Part shown: positions 1 to 15,308 of the stretch, one piece after another | Layout: each line of letters begins with the position of its first letter | How positions within the stretch are numbered: the first letter of the stretch is position 1 | DNA from: the human T2T-CHM13v2.0 reference genome, Homo sapiens | Direction: 5' to 3' (one strand) | DNA length: 64,000 bases | Assembly (NCBI RefSeq): GCF_009914755.1 | Contig: NC_060929.1 | Position numbers and translations under genes: made by a program | Notes under the pieces: model-generated | What the model was told of the DNA's origin: nothing | Seen by the model: only the letters and a program-made list of their open reading frames with translations | Database searches by the model: none

Positions 1-489
1 TGGATTAGCTCAAAATTCTAAACGAGCACCCATCCTTGTGCCATCAGGGTGTAAGTCTCTATCTAGCAAGACCTTCACCCTCCAACTTTAGGGATGGCAT
101 CCACAGTTTATGCCTAAATGGTCCCAGGGCCAGCTACTATATCAGAAGATTCTGGTTACCTGATGCTCTCTATAAAATAGCTGAATCCTGCCTTTGGAAT
201 ATTGTCTGCTGTGCCTTCAGTGAGCTGTTCATGCAATTCATGGCCTGAGCACCCAAAAGGATGAAGACTTAAACTTACAGAACAGGTCAACTATTTTGTG
301 CCTACTTATAAATAAATAACTAATAAATGTCACAATATATGTGTCACAGAAATTTCCATAAACTGTTAATGAGGTTTCTGGGATGCAGCTGACCCTCAGC
401 AACCTCTCATTATAATCAATACCCAGTATATATCAAAAAGAACTTAATACTTATGCCTACAACTCAGCATACAGGTTGGATAAGGTCAG

Positions 490-979
490 TGTGGCAGGCA
501 GCTTCTGATGTGGCTCCTAGTGACCTGTGCCTCCTGGTATTTATGCCCCTGTGTAATCTCCTTTTTAGTGTGGGCTGTGACTTTCTTCTAATGAAAAGAA
601 TACAGAAAATAAAAGGATGTCACTTCAATTAGTTTATAAAAAACTGTGATATTTCACCTTGGTAGCACTCTCTTGCTCTCACGCTCACTGCCACATTCTG
701 AGATCATCTATACAGAGGCCCATGTGGCAAGGAACCAAGGGAGGCCCGCTGAATCCTACCAGCAACCATGTGAGTTTGGAGATGAAGCTTCCCCACTGAG
801 CCTTCAGATGAGTTTGCAGCCCCAGCTAAAACCTTGATTACATCCCTGTGAAACCTTGAAACAGATCCAACTAAGCTGTGCCTAGACTCCTAATCTACAG
901 AAACAGAGGTAATACATATGTGTTGTTTCAAGCTGCAAAGTTGGGGCAATTTGTTACACAGCAATAAATAACTAATACA
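490..979 (+). mobile_element. MLT1-family MaLR LTR
   Basis: tgtggcaggcag...cctcctggtatttatgccc start and ...gcaatttgttacacagcaataaataactaataca end. Confidence 0.8.
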
Positions 980-1810
980 GTTACTTTACAAAAATAATGC
1001 CACCAAATGTCTCAAGGTTTTTCAAATGCCTACTTGAACTACATTTGTAGTATCTCCACTTTTTTCTTGAGTCCCAGGAAATTATCTCCCACTACTAAAA
1101 TGGATTTCTATAAGGCTAAAATAACAAGCATACACCCCAAGGAAACTGCATATTCTGATTTCTTTAGCTGTAGCATGTCTAGGCCAGACCTTCTTAAAAG
1201 CGATGTTCAAATTGTTTGACTTGCCCGCATTGTTTCAGTGACAAATATTTCACACACTGTTGAATTCAATCGTTCTCTGCTTCAGCCTCCTGATCACAAT
1301 AAGAATAATGATGGAACTAATAATGGGGCCTTGCCAGGAGAGTGGCTGAAATAACAAATTATTTCATCACACATTGAAAATGTATTTCACAAACTCAAAA
1401 ACAAAAAACAAAACAAAACAAAACAAAAAACACGTCTATGCGATTGCATAATGAGAGCTCTGCATTTCCACAGCATTTGTAGTACTCTCTAAAGATTCAG
1501 ACAAACTAGGCTAAAAAAAGAATGCTTGCATAACAAGACTGTTATCACCCATGTTATCTCCTAAGCCTCCCCAGAGAAGCAAAATGTGGAATTTGTAAGC
1601 AACTATGTGGGGGTTCACCAAAACGTTCTTTTGCTTTGCGTTTGGAAATTTTTGGTTTGAGATTTTTGGGGAGTGGGAAGCTAGCAATTTTTTCACTTCA
1701 CACGGAAGATGTCAATTTGGAGGAGTAGAGACAAAAGCTCCCTAAATAGTATGCCCAAAATAGTAAATGGCATGCTGTCTCAACAGGGCAATATTGAAAA
1801 GAGGCAACAA

Positions 1811-2138
<328 letters not shown>

Positions 2139-2877
2139 TAGTATATGAACAAATAATCAGTCTATCTATGGTCTTAAAATTTCATGGTGAAAAGAGCAAT
2201 TAGGGGAAAATTGTCTAAAAAGGCTCCTGAAGGGAGTAATAATGAAAAAAGGGTTGAGAAACACTGACCTAAGGAAAGCCCTCCCAAACTGGTGAGCACC
2301 TGCAGAGCATCAGTGATGTCTCTGTTTCCTCCTCTTTGGGTCCCTGAGGTCTGAGATCATGACTTGACTCTGGCCTGGGTGTCTTCCAGCTCTGCTTCAC
2401 ACAGTGGTTGGGCCATCTTCCAAGGCTGTAGAAATGTATATGAAGCCTTTCATGTGTCCCAGATTTCCACCAACCACTATTTTCCTTCAGATCTTTATCT
2501 TTTTGATCTGCTTTCTGAATGTACTTACTTATCTCAAGGCCTATTAAAAGCTAACTACATATTTTAGCATGACTTGAGATAAGCAAATACTTGTCTTCAG
2601 CATGTTTTTGGCACTTCCAACATACTATCTTCTATTGGCCACCATGGGTCAAAAGTGTCCACCAGCACATGAAATCTAGGCTGAGAGAGACTATGGCACG
2701 GTCAAGAGATGAGTGAATGCCTCCCAGGTTGAGGAACGCACTGTATGGCACACCCACCAGTGCTCATTGGCTGATGGTATATATTCATTCTTCTGTATAG
2801 AATTGAGAAAAATTCACAGAAATGGTATACCCCATTGCTGTCATGCACACAGATAGACAACTATCTCAAAAGAAGTG

Positions 2878-4963
2878 GCCCACTCTCGCCACTTCTATTC
2901 AATGTAATACTGGGAGTTTTGCTAGAGCAATTAGGCAAGAGAAAGAAATAAAAGGCACCCATGTAGAAAAGAAAGAAGTAAAATCATCTATGTTTGCTGG
3001 CAACATGATCTTATATATATATATAAAACCCTAAAGACTCCACCAAAAAATGGAACTGATAAATGAATTCAGTTAAGTTGCAGGATACAAAAATCAACAT
3101 ACAAAAATCAGTATCATTTCTATATGCTAACAACAGACTATCCGAAAAAATTAAGAAATCAATCTCATTTATAGTAGTTACCAAAGAAATACTTAGGAAT
3201 AAATTTAACCAACGCAGTAAAAGATCTCTACACTGAAAAGTATAAAACATGGACAAAACTGAAGACACAAATAAATGGAAAGACATCCCATGATCATAGC
3301 TTGAAAGAATTAATATTGCTAACTTATCCATAATACCCAAAGCAATCTACAGATTCAATGCAATCTCTATCAATATTCCAACAACATTTTCCACAAAAAT
3401 AGAATAAGCAATTCTAAAATTCACATGGAACCACAAAAGACCTCAAATAACCACAGTAATCTTGAGTAAAAAGAACAAAACTGGAAGCATCACACTCTCT
3501 CTTTTCAAAATACATTACAAACCTATAGTAATCAAAATGGCACAATACTGGCAAAAAACAGACACATTGAATAATGGAATAGAATAGAGAGACCAGAAAT
3601 GAACCTGCGCATTTACAGTCAATTGATTTTCACGGAAGATGCCAAGAACACACAATGGGAAAAAAACCAGTCTCTTCAATAAATGGTGCTGGGAAAACTG
3701 AATATCCACATAGAATAATAAAATTGGACCTGTATCTCACACCATATACAAAAATCAACTCAAAATGAACTAAAGACTTAAACATAAGAACTGAAGCTAT
3801 AAAATTACTAGAAGGAAATACAAGGGAAAAAATCCATGACATTGGTCTGGGCAATGATTTTTTGGATTTGGCCTCAAAAGCACAGGGAACAAAAACAGAC
3901 AAATAAGATTGCATCAAACTAAACAGCTTATGCACAGCAAAGGAAACAATTAATGGAGTGAAGAGACAACCTGCAAGTTGGAAGAAAATATCTACAAATC
4001 ACACATCTGATATGGGGTTAATATCCAAAATATACAAGGGATTCAAACAACTCAATTGCAAGAAAACAAATAACCCAATTAAGAAATGGGCAAAGAACCA
4101 GACAGCTATTTCCCACAAGAAAATATACAAATGGCCAACAGGTATATGAAAAAAAGAAGGTTCAACAGCACCAATCATTAGAGAAATGTAAATTAAAACC
4201 ACAATGAGATATCACCTCATACTTGTTACAATGGCTGATATCAAAAAGATGAAAGATAAAAAGTGTTGGCAAGAATGAGGAGAAAAGGATGCCCTTGTAC
4301 ACTGTTGGTGGAAATGTAAATTGGTATACCCATTATGGAAAACTATATGAAAGTTCCTCAAAAAACACAAAATAGAACTACCATATGATCCAGCAATCCC
4401 ACTTCTGGGTATTTATCCGAAGAATTGGGAATCAGTATGTCAAAGAGACAGCTGAACTCTCATGTTCACTGCAGCATTATTCACAGTAGCCAAGATATGG
4501 AATCAACCTAAGTGTTCAACAATGGATGAATGGACAAAGAAAATGTGGTATAGTACACAGTGGAGTACTAGTCAGCCTTAAAAAGAAGCAAGTTCTGTCA
4601 TTTGTGACAACATGGATAAACCTGGAGAACATTATGTTAAGTGAAATAAGGCACAGAAGGACAAATACCTCATATGTAAAATCTAAAAAAGTTAAACTCA
4701 TAGAAGTAGAGAGTAGAATGGTGGTTATCTGAGGCTGGGGGAGGTGCGAGAGAATAAGGAGATGTTGGCCAAAAGGCAAAAAGTTTCGGTTAGACAGGAG
4801 GAATAAGTTTTTAGATCTATTGTATAGCATGTTGACTATAGTTAATGAGAATATATTGTAAATTTCAAAATTGCTAAGAGTAAACTCCAAATGATCTCAC
4901 CACAAAAAATGTTAAATATGTGAGGTGATAGATATTTTAATAAGCTTGAATTAATAATTCCAC

Positions 4964-5022
<59 letters not shown>

Positions 5023-5105
5023 CAAAATGCCACATTGTATCCCGTAAATATATACAATTATAATTTGTCAATTAAAAATAAAAAATTAACTTAAAAATTT
5101 AAAAA
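2878..5105 (+). mobile_element. 5'-truncated L1 (L1MA-like): degenerate ORF2 3' half, 3' UTR and A-rich tail
   Basis: ORF2 remnants (ARAIRQEKEIKG; [12 protein letters not shown]) with many stops and frameshifts; L1MA-type 3' UTR; (TG)n(TA)n at 4966-5022. Confidence 0.92.
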
Positions 5106-5114
5106 ACCTTTTAA

Positions 5115-6045
5115 ATGAGTCCTCAAAATATTAAACATATAATTAATCCAGCAATTTCACTTCTGGGTATATATATATATATATATATATACCAAAAAGA
5201 ATTGGAAGCAGGGACTCAAACAGATATTTACATACCCATGTTTATAGCAGTATTATTCACAATAGCCAAAAGGCAGAAGCAACCCAACAATCCACCAATG
5301 GATGATGTCTGTTTTCACACTGCTAATAAAGACATACCAGCCACTGAGTAATTTATAAAGGAAAGAGTTTTAATTGACTCACAGTTCCACATGGCTAGGG
5401 AGGCCTCACAATCATGGCAGAAGGCGAATGAGGAGCAAGTCACGTCTTACATGGTGGCAGGCAAGAAAGCTTGTGCAGGGGAACTCCCATCACTACCAAG
5501 AGAACAGGATGGAGGAAACAGCCCCCATGATTCAATTATCTCCACCTGGCCCCACCTTGACACGTGGGGATTATTACAATTCACGTAAGATTTGGGTGGG
5601 AACATAGCCAAACCATATCAGGTGACCAGACAAACAAAATGTGATATATACAAACAAGGAAATATTAGCCATAAAAAGAAAGGTAAGTCTGACACATGCT
5701 ACAATGCAGATGAACACTGAAAACATATGCTCAGTAAAATAATGCCAGTCACAAAAAGACAAATACTGTATGAGTCCACTTATATGACATAACCAAACTA
5801 GCCAAGTTCATAGAGACAAAAAGTAGAATGGTGGTTGCCAGGGGCTAGGAGGTGAATGGGATAGGAAGTTATTGTTTAATGGCTAAGGAGTTCCTGTTTG
5901 GGAAGAGAAACAAAGTTCTGGAGATGGATGATGGTGACGGCTGCACAACAATGTGAGTGTACTTAATGCCACTGAACTGTACACTTAAAAATGGTTAAAA
6001 TGGTAAATTTTATGCTACGTATATTTTGCCACAATAAAAAACAAA
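5115..6045 (+). mobile_element. L1MB-like 3' fragment interrupted by a THE1 LTR
   Basis: ccagcaatttcacttctgggtatat...gggactcaaacagatattt...aatgccactgaactgtacacttaaaaatgg. The L1 sequence resumes after 5620. Confidence 0.8.
5306..5620 (-). mobile_element. THE1 solo LTR with internal deletion
   Basis: cacactgctaataaagacatacc...gactcacagttccacatggct...gccaaaccatatca; approximate 5-bp TSD gatga/ggtga. Confidence 0.85.
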
Positions 6046-6469
6046 CTTTTAATATTATTTTTAATACAAAGGTATTTTCAAAGCAAATAACAATACATCT
6101 GCAGTACACAGAAAAGCAGAAAAGAGGATACGTCATTACAGTAAAAATGGGTGAAACGTTAGCTAACACACTGTCAACCTGCAAGGCACTGTGGAGTTTA
6201 GGTCAGCTGTAGTGTAGACGACAGATGCTGAGGCCTCTGAACAGAAGGGAAGATATTCACTTGCCCCTCATAGGCCGTTTCAAGTAGCATGGCCGCATTC
6301 CTCTGGCCCATTCCAAGCTCCTCTCTTGTAACTGAGCTCCCTACGTTTGCATTCCTCCATCATTACCGTGTATCACATCGCCTCACTCTGGTTATATCAA
6401 GAACACCCAGCTTGCCCCACGCAAGTGGCTTAAGTGCACAGATCATGGATGCAGCACTGTGATGCAGAA

Positions 6470-6700
6470 ATCAAGAGCACTCTGGGGTCAGACAAGCTTG
6501 GGTTCAAATCCCCGGTTCACCATTTACTAATTCTGTGACCTTGAGAAAACTACTTTGCCACTTGGGACCTCAGTTTCCCTATGCATAAAATGAAAATAAC
6601 ATTTCCTATTTCATTATGTTGTCCAGAAAATCAGATAAGGTAATGCGTGCCAAGGACAGTGCTTGGCATCTACTAAGCTCTTGCAAGCACTAGCTGTTAT
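6470..6700 (+). mobile_element. MIR SINE
   Basis: gggttcaaatccc...tgtgaccttg...cctcagtttcc...taaaatg core. Confidence 0.75.
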
Positions 6701-9700
6701 TTTAATATGCTTCTCAGCACTGATCATAGTGCTGGCACTGAACACCAAACAAGGCTCAATAAATTTTCTGCATCAGCAGATGTTCATTCATTGTCTGTCC
6801 TGCTTTCCACCCTGAGCTAGATGTCCCAGAAGTAAAGCTACTTAAGGCACAGTCTCTATCTTGTGAATTATGTCTTAATTCTTACTTGTGTCTCCAGCAT
6901 TCTACCCAATGCCTGGCACATAGGTGACACCCAAAAAGTGCTGGTGGAATTGAACTTAAAATCTAGTTGTCTAGACTGTATGTGTTTACATGAATTTGAG
7001 GGAGAGAAAAAAAAACATATAACCATAAAAAGAAAATATGTTAAAGAAGTATGTGGCAGTGATTTTTCTTAATTCTTGAAAACTAAAACATATTTTGTAT
7101 ATTTGACCTGTGTTTACTAAGTTACAGAAAGTTATCAAACTTAGTTTTCACATGTACCTGTGGGAACACATTAAAATCCCCATTTTGCAGACAATTAAAC
7201 TGAGAATAGGGAGGGCCAAAGTGATTTGTGCTGGGTCACAAAGGTGAGGAGAGCAAGTCCAGAGGACTGTAAGTTCAGAACCACTCCGTTTCAAGGATAC
7301 ATCTGTCAACTTGGCTGCCAAACGGAAATCCCAGTTCTCCTGCCCACAGATTTCCACTCCAGGAGGAAGGAGGGGTCTGACTGGTGTGTGAAAAGTCAGC
7401 ATTTGTGACACAAAGGCTCCCAAATTCCAAGTTACCTCCCTTTAAGAGTGATGAAGGAAGGAGAAAAAAGCAATTGAGCCAGTCCCCAGAGGCACAGAAT
7501 ACGTATGACCTCAGCTTGGGGATCCATGGCTAAAGCCAGCTTTTAATTTACAAACATAAAAATATAAAGTTTGTGAGTACCTAGTTTTGATTTTTCTGGA
7601 AAAAAATAGATATCAGATCCCATCATTACCACTACTAAACAGACTCAGCAATAAGTCCTAAAGTGAAAATAAAGTCACCTAAAACACTCTTATGGTGACT
7701 TCCACAGAAACCATTTATGCAGGCTCAGCTGTGAAGGTTTATCAGGAAGTCAGGCTGATACCAGAAAAAATGACCACTTGGATAAAACAAAAAAGACACT
7801 CAGGCCTAAATGGCTCCTAAAATCAAAAAGCTAATTAAACGTGGCCTCTTCGAAAAGAAAAAGTAAGTCAGAAAAGGCAAAAGCTAGCAGGAAAAATATA
7901 TTCTTACTTCTAAGCATAATAAATGAGAATAAAAAGGAATCACTTTAAGAAGTTGAAGTCACCTAATTATTTCCAGGTAATATTCATCAGAAACCAACTG
8001 TGAACCTCCCTGGGCATTTCCTTTCTACTCATTCCCACACGAATGGATGGAACACTGTCCAAGGTACTATAGGTTGGGAGAAGGGAATAAGAATTAAGGT
8101 GAATGAAACCACTTCTGCCATCAAGGAACATAAAATCAAAGTGGGATCATGCTAGAAACTTTGGGGAGTATATATCCGCCCCACAACCCCTTCCCCTGAG
8201 AAGTGGCCCCTAACCCTGGTCCATGTGGTCATGGCAGAGAATGAGCCATAACTGGACAACTTGACTTCCACCTTCCTGGTGGTGCCTGACCTATAGGAGG
8301 CCAACGAGAGTCCCTCCCAAAGAATTAATAAAGAAAAGAAATAAGCTATTTTATTATTAGTGAGAATTCTATTAATATATAATATGTATGCTTGACAATG
8401 GAGGCCCATGTCCCATTATATAGCCTGGGGAGCAGAGAAAACCAGACTACACAGAAAGAGTGGAATAAAATAGACACATAGTCTTACAGACAAGAGCTGA
8501 AGAAGGAATACCACTTGGTTGCTGGCAGTGTTCAGTTCCCAGTGAAGACCTTTCTGAAGGCTGCCAGCCTCACCACCCTTGTACACTTAGAATGAGCTAG
8601 CCTGAAGTGGTTTCTGTTACTTGCAACCAAATAGTCCTAATAAATCCAAAGGGAGTAAGACCACAACACAAATTCATCTAACAAACACAAGTATTAGTGA
8701 AGTTCGTGATGCTAGGTAGGCAAGGATTTCACTTCATTCATCTGAGGGCTGCACAGTAAAGTGGCAAGAGGGAACTCTTATTGACAAAAGATAGGGATTT
8801 AAGTCCAGACTCCACCCTTTGCTAGTTCTGTGACCTTGAAGAAACACATTTAGCCCACACTTAGCACAGTGCCTAGTGCAAAGCAGGTACTCAATATATA
8901 TCTGTAAGAGGAAGGAAGCAGGGAAAGCAGTTACCACGTATCGGGTATGCTTATCTTTTAAGTCAAGTCATTTCTCATTAATGAAATGGGAATTCTCATT
9001 CTCATTAATAAAATGGGAATAAAAATTTCACTTTATGTGTCTCACAGGATCAGAATGTACATAACCACTGTGCAATTAAAAGTCATTATTAGGTTCATCA
9101 GATTAATTGATGCATCAAATACAGACCAACCTCAGTTAATGAAATAATATTTATCTGAAATAGGGGTTAGCTATACCCTACAAGCCAAATCCAGCCCACC
9201 ACCTGTATTTATATGGCCTGCAAGAATGGTTTTTATAAATGAACATTTGCAATCAATTTGATAATAAGGAACACGAATTTTGAACGCTGCTTCACCTAAA
9301 TGTTATCCCTCCCCCTCAAAAAAATCCCATTCTTCTAGTGAATATAGCTGTATTATAAAAAAATTCAATTTATTATTACTATTATCATCATACAGAGTTT
9401 AAAGGATGCACAAAAAGTCAACTCAGTAAGAAACATGGCAATGAAATTACTTTTCTCATCAGTTCCACTATTTTTAGAATGCAATGCTGCAGAACATGGG
9501 AGTTTTTACAAACGCATAAATTGCAATATAGCAGAAAAATTTGCAATAATGTCTGAGTGAGTAAAGGTGACATAAGATCTTCCGGAAGTTCAACTACTCC
9601 CTTCAAGTCCAGGTTTAAAGAGGCTGGACCAGTCTGAATATGTGCCAGGAACCACCTCAACTGGAGCAAGAACACATCATCAATCACAACAGTATGTCTA

Positions 9701-10703
9701 TGGTGTACAGAACGGTACTGAATATTCATTCACCGCCCTCAGCCTCCTAGATGAACACCTCCTAGTACAGGTTCATCCTTGAACCTAGACATGCAAAAAT
9801 GAAAACAAGGGTCCATTGCCAGGAAGTCTCTGAGGGTCATAACAATGGTTCTTTACACCAGCGGTTAATTCTATCCCACAAAACAAAATGAGGTAAACTT
9901 ATACAAAAAGTCCTGAGTAAAATCTGGAAATAAATGAGTATAATTATCATCGTAATTAATAACAATAATAAAACACTTAGGAGCAACTGCTTTATACTGA
10001 GCACTGCAATAAGCACATAAAAATGCATAAGCAATGGGTTTTGACATGAAGTTTTAAAAATAATGCTATTAAGGAAAGAAAATAGAAGATATAAATGTTA
10101 TATGGAATACCATAGAGGACAGATTAAAATGGAAAAGCTCTACTTAAAATAGAGCACACAGGACCTTAGAACTCCAACATGGCTTCTGAATCACTTTCAT
10201 GGAAGCCTAAGCTCCCTTGAGAATAGAGTTTGAAAACTATAAGAGTGGACAATTGGGGTCTCTGTATTTTCCTCATCCATAATATTAGGACAACAATAAC
10301 AGCTCCTGCAAAGGTTTGTGAGGATTCAATGAGTTAATAATACAAATTCTTTTAGCAGTCAGTAGTACATAGTAAGTGCTCAATAAATATTAACTATCAT
10401 TATCTTTATTAAATAGTTGTCATCATACTATACATTATTATTCATTCTGATTATTTCTTTTAATTAGATTATAAGTATGCTCCAAATTTTCACATACTCT
10501 TCATTGGCATATTTTTAATTTAATGAGCCATAAATGCCACTTTAGTTTTACTTTGATTTGAATTTATGTAATAATTTTGAGGTTGATTATTTTTGCATAT
10601 ATTTGTTTATTAACTATATGTTTTTCTCATTATGTCTGCTCATGAGTCTTATTCAATAACCCTATTGGAACTCCTATTGTTTTTTAAAATTAATGTTGGT
10701 TCA

Positions 10704-10859
<156 letters not shown>

Positions 10860-11449
10860 TCATTCTATGCTTGGATATGTAAACGACAGACATTTCTAGC
10901 TGCATAATTACCACTTATAATCAATAAAAAATAATATTCTTAATAATTCAATAACTACCTATTATAAGAAGATTTTGTTAAAAGTAACTTATAGTTTATA
11001 TAATATTAACAGTCTTATTCAAATTAAAGAATATTCATTTCATGCTGCAAAATCTCTTTTTAAAATTGAGTCTGAGGTAATTATCAATGATATGACCTTA
11101 GGTAAATTATTTAGACTCTCTATAACTCGGTTTCCTCACATGTAAAATGGGAACGACCATAGTATCTTTCTTTTACAACTACTGTGGCAAGTAAATGAGT
11201 TATCACACATCACAGGAATATGAAGAGTTCCTAACACATAAGCATTTACTAAATGTTAGCTACTATTACTAAAGAGAGTCAGATAGAGACAAGATTGGAA
11301 AGCCAGACACCTGGAATGACTTTTTCAATCCTCGATTGGAGAAGGGGTGAGACAGAAGAGATATGTCACCATCTCTACCAATTTTCATTACCAAAATTAT
11401 ATCAATATTAATTATCTTCATGTCATAAAACAGAGATCTAGATTACACT

Positions 11450-13640
11450 TAAGAGTGATAGAAGTAAGATGGCTGAATAGGAAGTCCCAAGCCTTCATTA
11501 CCCTGAGAGACAATGACTTAAGAACAATATACAAACCAAATTGCCTTTATGAGAACTCCCTCAAGAATTAGCAGCACCCAGGTAGGTGCAAAGCCAAGAA
11601 GAGCCACATCAAAGCAGATAAGAAACTTTGTTGCTTTTACCTATGATAGCTCCCTCCCACCCAGCATAGTGTAACGCAATCAAGAAAAAACTCCCAGCTT
11701 CTGGCTTCTCCCTCAGTAGGGATAGAAAAGTGCTAACTGTGCATCCAACATCCTGTCTTTAAGAGGGGCATGACTCAGAGTGCTAAAGGAAATGGCAATA
11801 TACTTTCAAAAGCAAGCATGGTGGCTTGTTACACTAGAGAGCCTGCAGTACCTCAGACAGACAACAAGGGTAACAAAAGATCATGGGCTCTTGAGAACAG
11901 GGGCAGTCCTCTGTGACTGGGAAATTACACACAAGTCCAGAGAAGATGCATCCCTCAAAAAGGTTTGAGAGGCCCCCAGAATCTCAAGCTAGGCTGACTA
12001 GTGAAGGTCTTCCCTGTATGAAGCCAGTCCATAAGACTGGGAGAAGTGGCTGTTTTTTTATATACCCAAACCTCAACAAAAGATCACAATGCATGCAAAG
12101 AAACAAGGAAACATGGCCCAATCAAAGAAACAAAATAAATCTCTAGAAACCAACACTGAAGAAACAGAGATCTATGAATTACCTCACAAAGAACTTGAAA
12201 TAACCATCTTAAAATGCTCCATGAACTAAAATAGACAACTAAATGGATCAGGAAAAATAAAGCGCAAGAATAAAATGAGACTATCAACAAAAAGAAACTA
12301 TGAGAAAAATGAGAACCAAGCAGAAATTCCAGAGTTGAAGAATACAATAATGGAACTAAAACACAATTCACTAGAGTGGCTCATTCAATAGCAAACTTGA
12401 TCAAGCAGAAGAATCAGCAAACTTAAAGATAGGTTATTTGAAATTATTGAGTCAGGAACCAAAAAACAAATAAAAAGAATAAAGAAAAGTCAAGAGAGCC
12501 TAAGGGACTTATAAGACATCATCAAACAGATCATTATCCACATTACGGGAATCTCAGAATGAGAAGAGAGTGAGAAAGAAGCAGAGTGAGTGCCTATTTG
12601 AAGAAATAATGGCTGAAAATTCCCCAAATTTGAGGGAGGAAATTGGCATACAAATTGAGAAAGCTCAATGAACTTCAACTAGGATAAATACAAAAAGACT
12701 CACATCTGTGCAAATTAGTTCAACCATTGTGGAAGACAGTGTGGTGATTCCTCAAGGACCTAGAACTAGAATTACCATTTGACCCAGCCATCCCATTACT
12801 GGGTATATACCCAAAGGATTATAAATCATGCTACTATAAAGACATGTGCACACATATGCTTATTGCAGCACTATTCACAATAGCAAAGACCTGGAACCAA
12901 CCCAAATGTCCATCAATGATAGACTGGATTCAGAAAATGTGGCACATATACACCATGGAATAGTATGCAGCCATAACAAAGGATTAGTTCATGTCCTTTG
13001 CAGGGACATGGATGAAGCTGGAAACCATCATTCTCAGCAAACTATCATAAAGACAGAAAACCAAACACCACATGTTCTCACTCATAGATGGGAATTGAAC
13101 AATGAGATCACTTGGTCACAGAGTGGGGAACATCACACACCAGGGCCTGTCAGTGGGTGGGGGCCTAGGGGAGGGATAGCATTAGGAGAAATACCTAATG
13201 TAAATGATGAGTTGATGGGTGCAGCAAACCAACATGGCACATGTATACCTATGCATCAAACCTGCACGTTGTGCACATGTACCCTAGAACTTAAAGTATA
13301 ATAAAATATATATATATATATAAAAGACTCACACCAAGACACATTATAGTCAAACTGTCAAAAGTCACAGAAAAAGGGAGAATCTTGAAAGCAGTAAGAG
13401 AAAAGCAACTCATCACATTAAGCTCCTATAAGATTTTCAGTAGATTACTTGGCAGAAACTTTGCAGGCAAGAAGTGAATGGAATGACATGTTCAAAATAC
13501 TGAAATTAAAAAAAAAAAAAAAACTACAAGACAAAAATACTACATCCAGCAAAACTATCCTTCAAAAATGAAAGAGAAATTAAGATGTTCCTAAATAAAC
13601 AAAAGCTAAGGCAGCTCATCACCACTACAGATTTGGATTA
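11450..13640 (+). mobile_element. Old L1M 5' UTR/ORF1 fragment, interrupted by a younger L1PA 3' end
   Basis: aagatggctgaatagga start; ORF1-like segments (gaagaaataatggctgaaaattcccc; aaaactatccttcaaaaatgaa). Confidence 0.8.
12707..13321 (+). mobile_element. L1PA 3' end (~0.6 kb) with TSD
   Basis: Canonical primate L1 3' UTR (gggagggatagcattaggagaaatacctaatg...agaacttaaagtataata). TSD aaaagactcaca at 12693-12704 and 13322-13333. Confidence 0.93.
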
Positions 13641-14575
13641 CACTTAACTTTGCCTCATTCATTCATTTGTTCAACACACTGACTGCATGGCTACTATATG
13701 CTAAGTGCCATACTGACTGCTAGAGGCCCACAGAGAAGGAGATGGTCTCTCTCCTCCAGGATCTCACTGGCTAGTGGAAAAGGCACACAGGCAAGTGGGA
13801 GTGTGTCAGCAATTGGAGGTGAAGCATTCCATCAGAGGAAAACCACAAGGACCCAGGTAAGGAGGCGTGAAGGAAGAGAGATGTCTGAGGAGCCACAAGT
13901 TATCTAAAAATGCCCAGTACATGGTATGGGGCTTGATAAATTCTTCCCACAGGAATGACTGGAGCATAAGGTGGGTGTGGGAGATGTTAGGGTATGAGGC
14001 TGAAAGGATAATTGAAGACAAGATTGCAAATGGCCTCAGGCTGAGAAGTTTAGGCTTTACCCTGAAGGTAACGGTGGCTTGTCTTCTGAGGACACCAAGT
14101 ACTCGGTATAGATTAATAGTCACATCTGCGCCACTGACTAAAACGCTCCTTGCCATTCCTTAATGCTTTTAGGCAATCTCCTATTCCCCATTTTCACCAT
14201 AGTGCTTACACTGAATGAGTTCAATGAGCATTTGTTAAATGAATTAATTCAATTTCTTTGTAATAAAAAATATTCAAAACAGAAAACATTTTCTCAACCT
14301 TACATCTCTGTGGAAAGGAAATGAGAGCCACGTCTCCTGTATGTATAGTTGGCATGTGTTTATATGCATGCATATGTGAGCACATGCACTGAAACAATCA
14401 AAAAAAATCTGAGAAAATACTGGATCCAACAAACTGTCATTTTGGTCAAAATGGTTATTAAAACCTCTTAATTAGACCTCACTAATAGCAGTAGCCTCTA
14501 CATTTAGATCATGCATACAATAAAAGGAAGCCTTCAGAATTCCTCTCTCCCTCTCCCCCTTCCCTTTCCTCCCCT

Positions 14576-14581
<6 letters not shown>

Positions 14582-14617
<36 letters not shown>
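14582..14617. repeat. (CA)n microsatellite
   Basis: About 18 perfect AC units. Confidence 0.95.
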
Positions 14618-14620
<3 letters not shown>

Positions 14621-15247
14621 TTATCCCATCCACTCTGACATAAATACCTTCCGTCTAAGCAGTTTTCACCCCTTAGATTTAAGCCTATTTAAAATGATTT
14701 GCTCATGTAAAACTATATCCTGGTGACACTAATCTTTCCTGTCTTTATTCTGGATTAGTCAGAATAGAATTTTACAGTGATTTTAATATTGAGAAATGAA
14801 AAGTTGAGCAGTCTCACACTCTTGGGAGAGATGAACTCTTCAGTCCTCAGTCCTGAAGGCAAATGTAGGTGAGGGATTAATAAGAGTCTCTTACATCATA
14901 TTCTAACCAATATTTCTTTCTGCCACTTTTGGGAGAAGTAAGTCCTCAGAAAAGCACTCTTGGGTTTTGTCCACATATCAGAGAATAACAGAGCAGTAAA
15001 GCAGGGTCATGCCCTTGCCATCAACGAGATGAGAGTTTATCCTACTATATTTTAAGACTGCCAGAGAAGAAAATATTGCACTTTCCCTCAATAACTCATT
15101 GATAAAGCACATCAGACACTCTTCTTACTACAAATAGCTAACCTAAATCCCTCACACTAGAATTAATCTCCATTTAAGTTCTGTGCAAAACACAGCAGTT
15201 TACACAACACATGGTTTAATTTCAGCTTCATTTAAAAAAAAAGACAA

Positions 15248-15308
15248 GATGGATGGATGGATGGATGGACAGACGGACGGATGAACAGATGGACAGATGG
15301 ACAGATGA
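15248..15308. repeat. (GATG)n/(GACR)n tetranucleotide repeat
   Basis: gatggatggatggatggatggacagacggacggatg... Confidence 0.85.

Noticed and set aside
2822-4890. ORFs with reverse-transcriptase/L1-like peptide fragments
   Set aside because: Decayed L1 ORF2 and 3' UTR with many stops and frameshifts; not an active element or a new gene.
8972-9020. Short tandem duplication ttctcattaat(g/a)aaatgggaat
   Set aside because: Ordinary small duplication within a MIR remnant.
9630-9665. Plus-strand peptide EYVPGTTS resembling an SLC38A1 N-terminal motif
   Set aside because: Similarity does not extend on either side; too short to call a pseudogene.
12846-13301. 151-aa ORF
   Set aside because: Off-frame reading of an L1PA 3' end.
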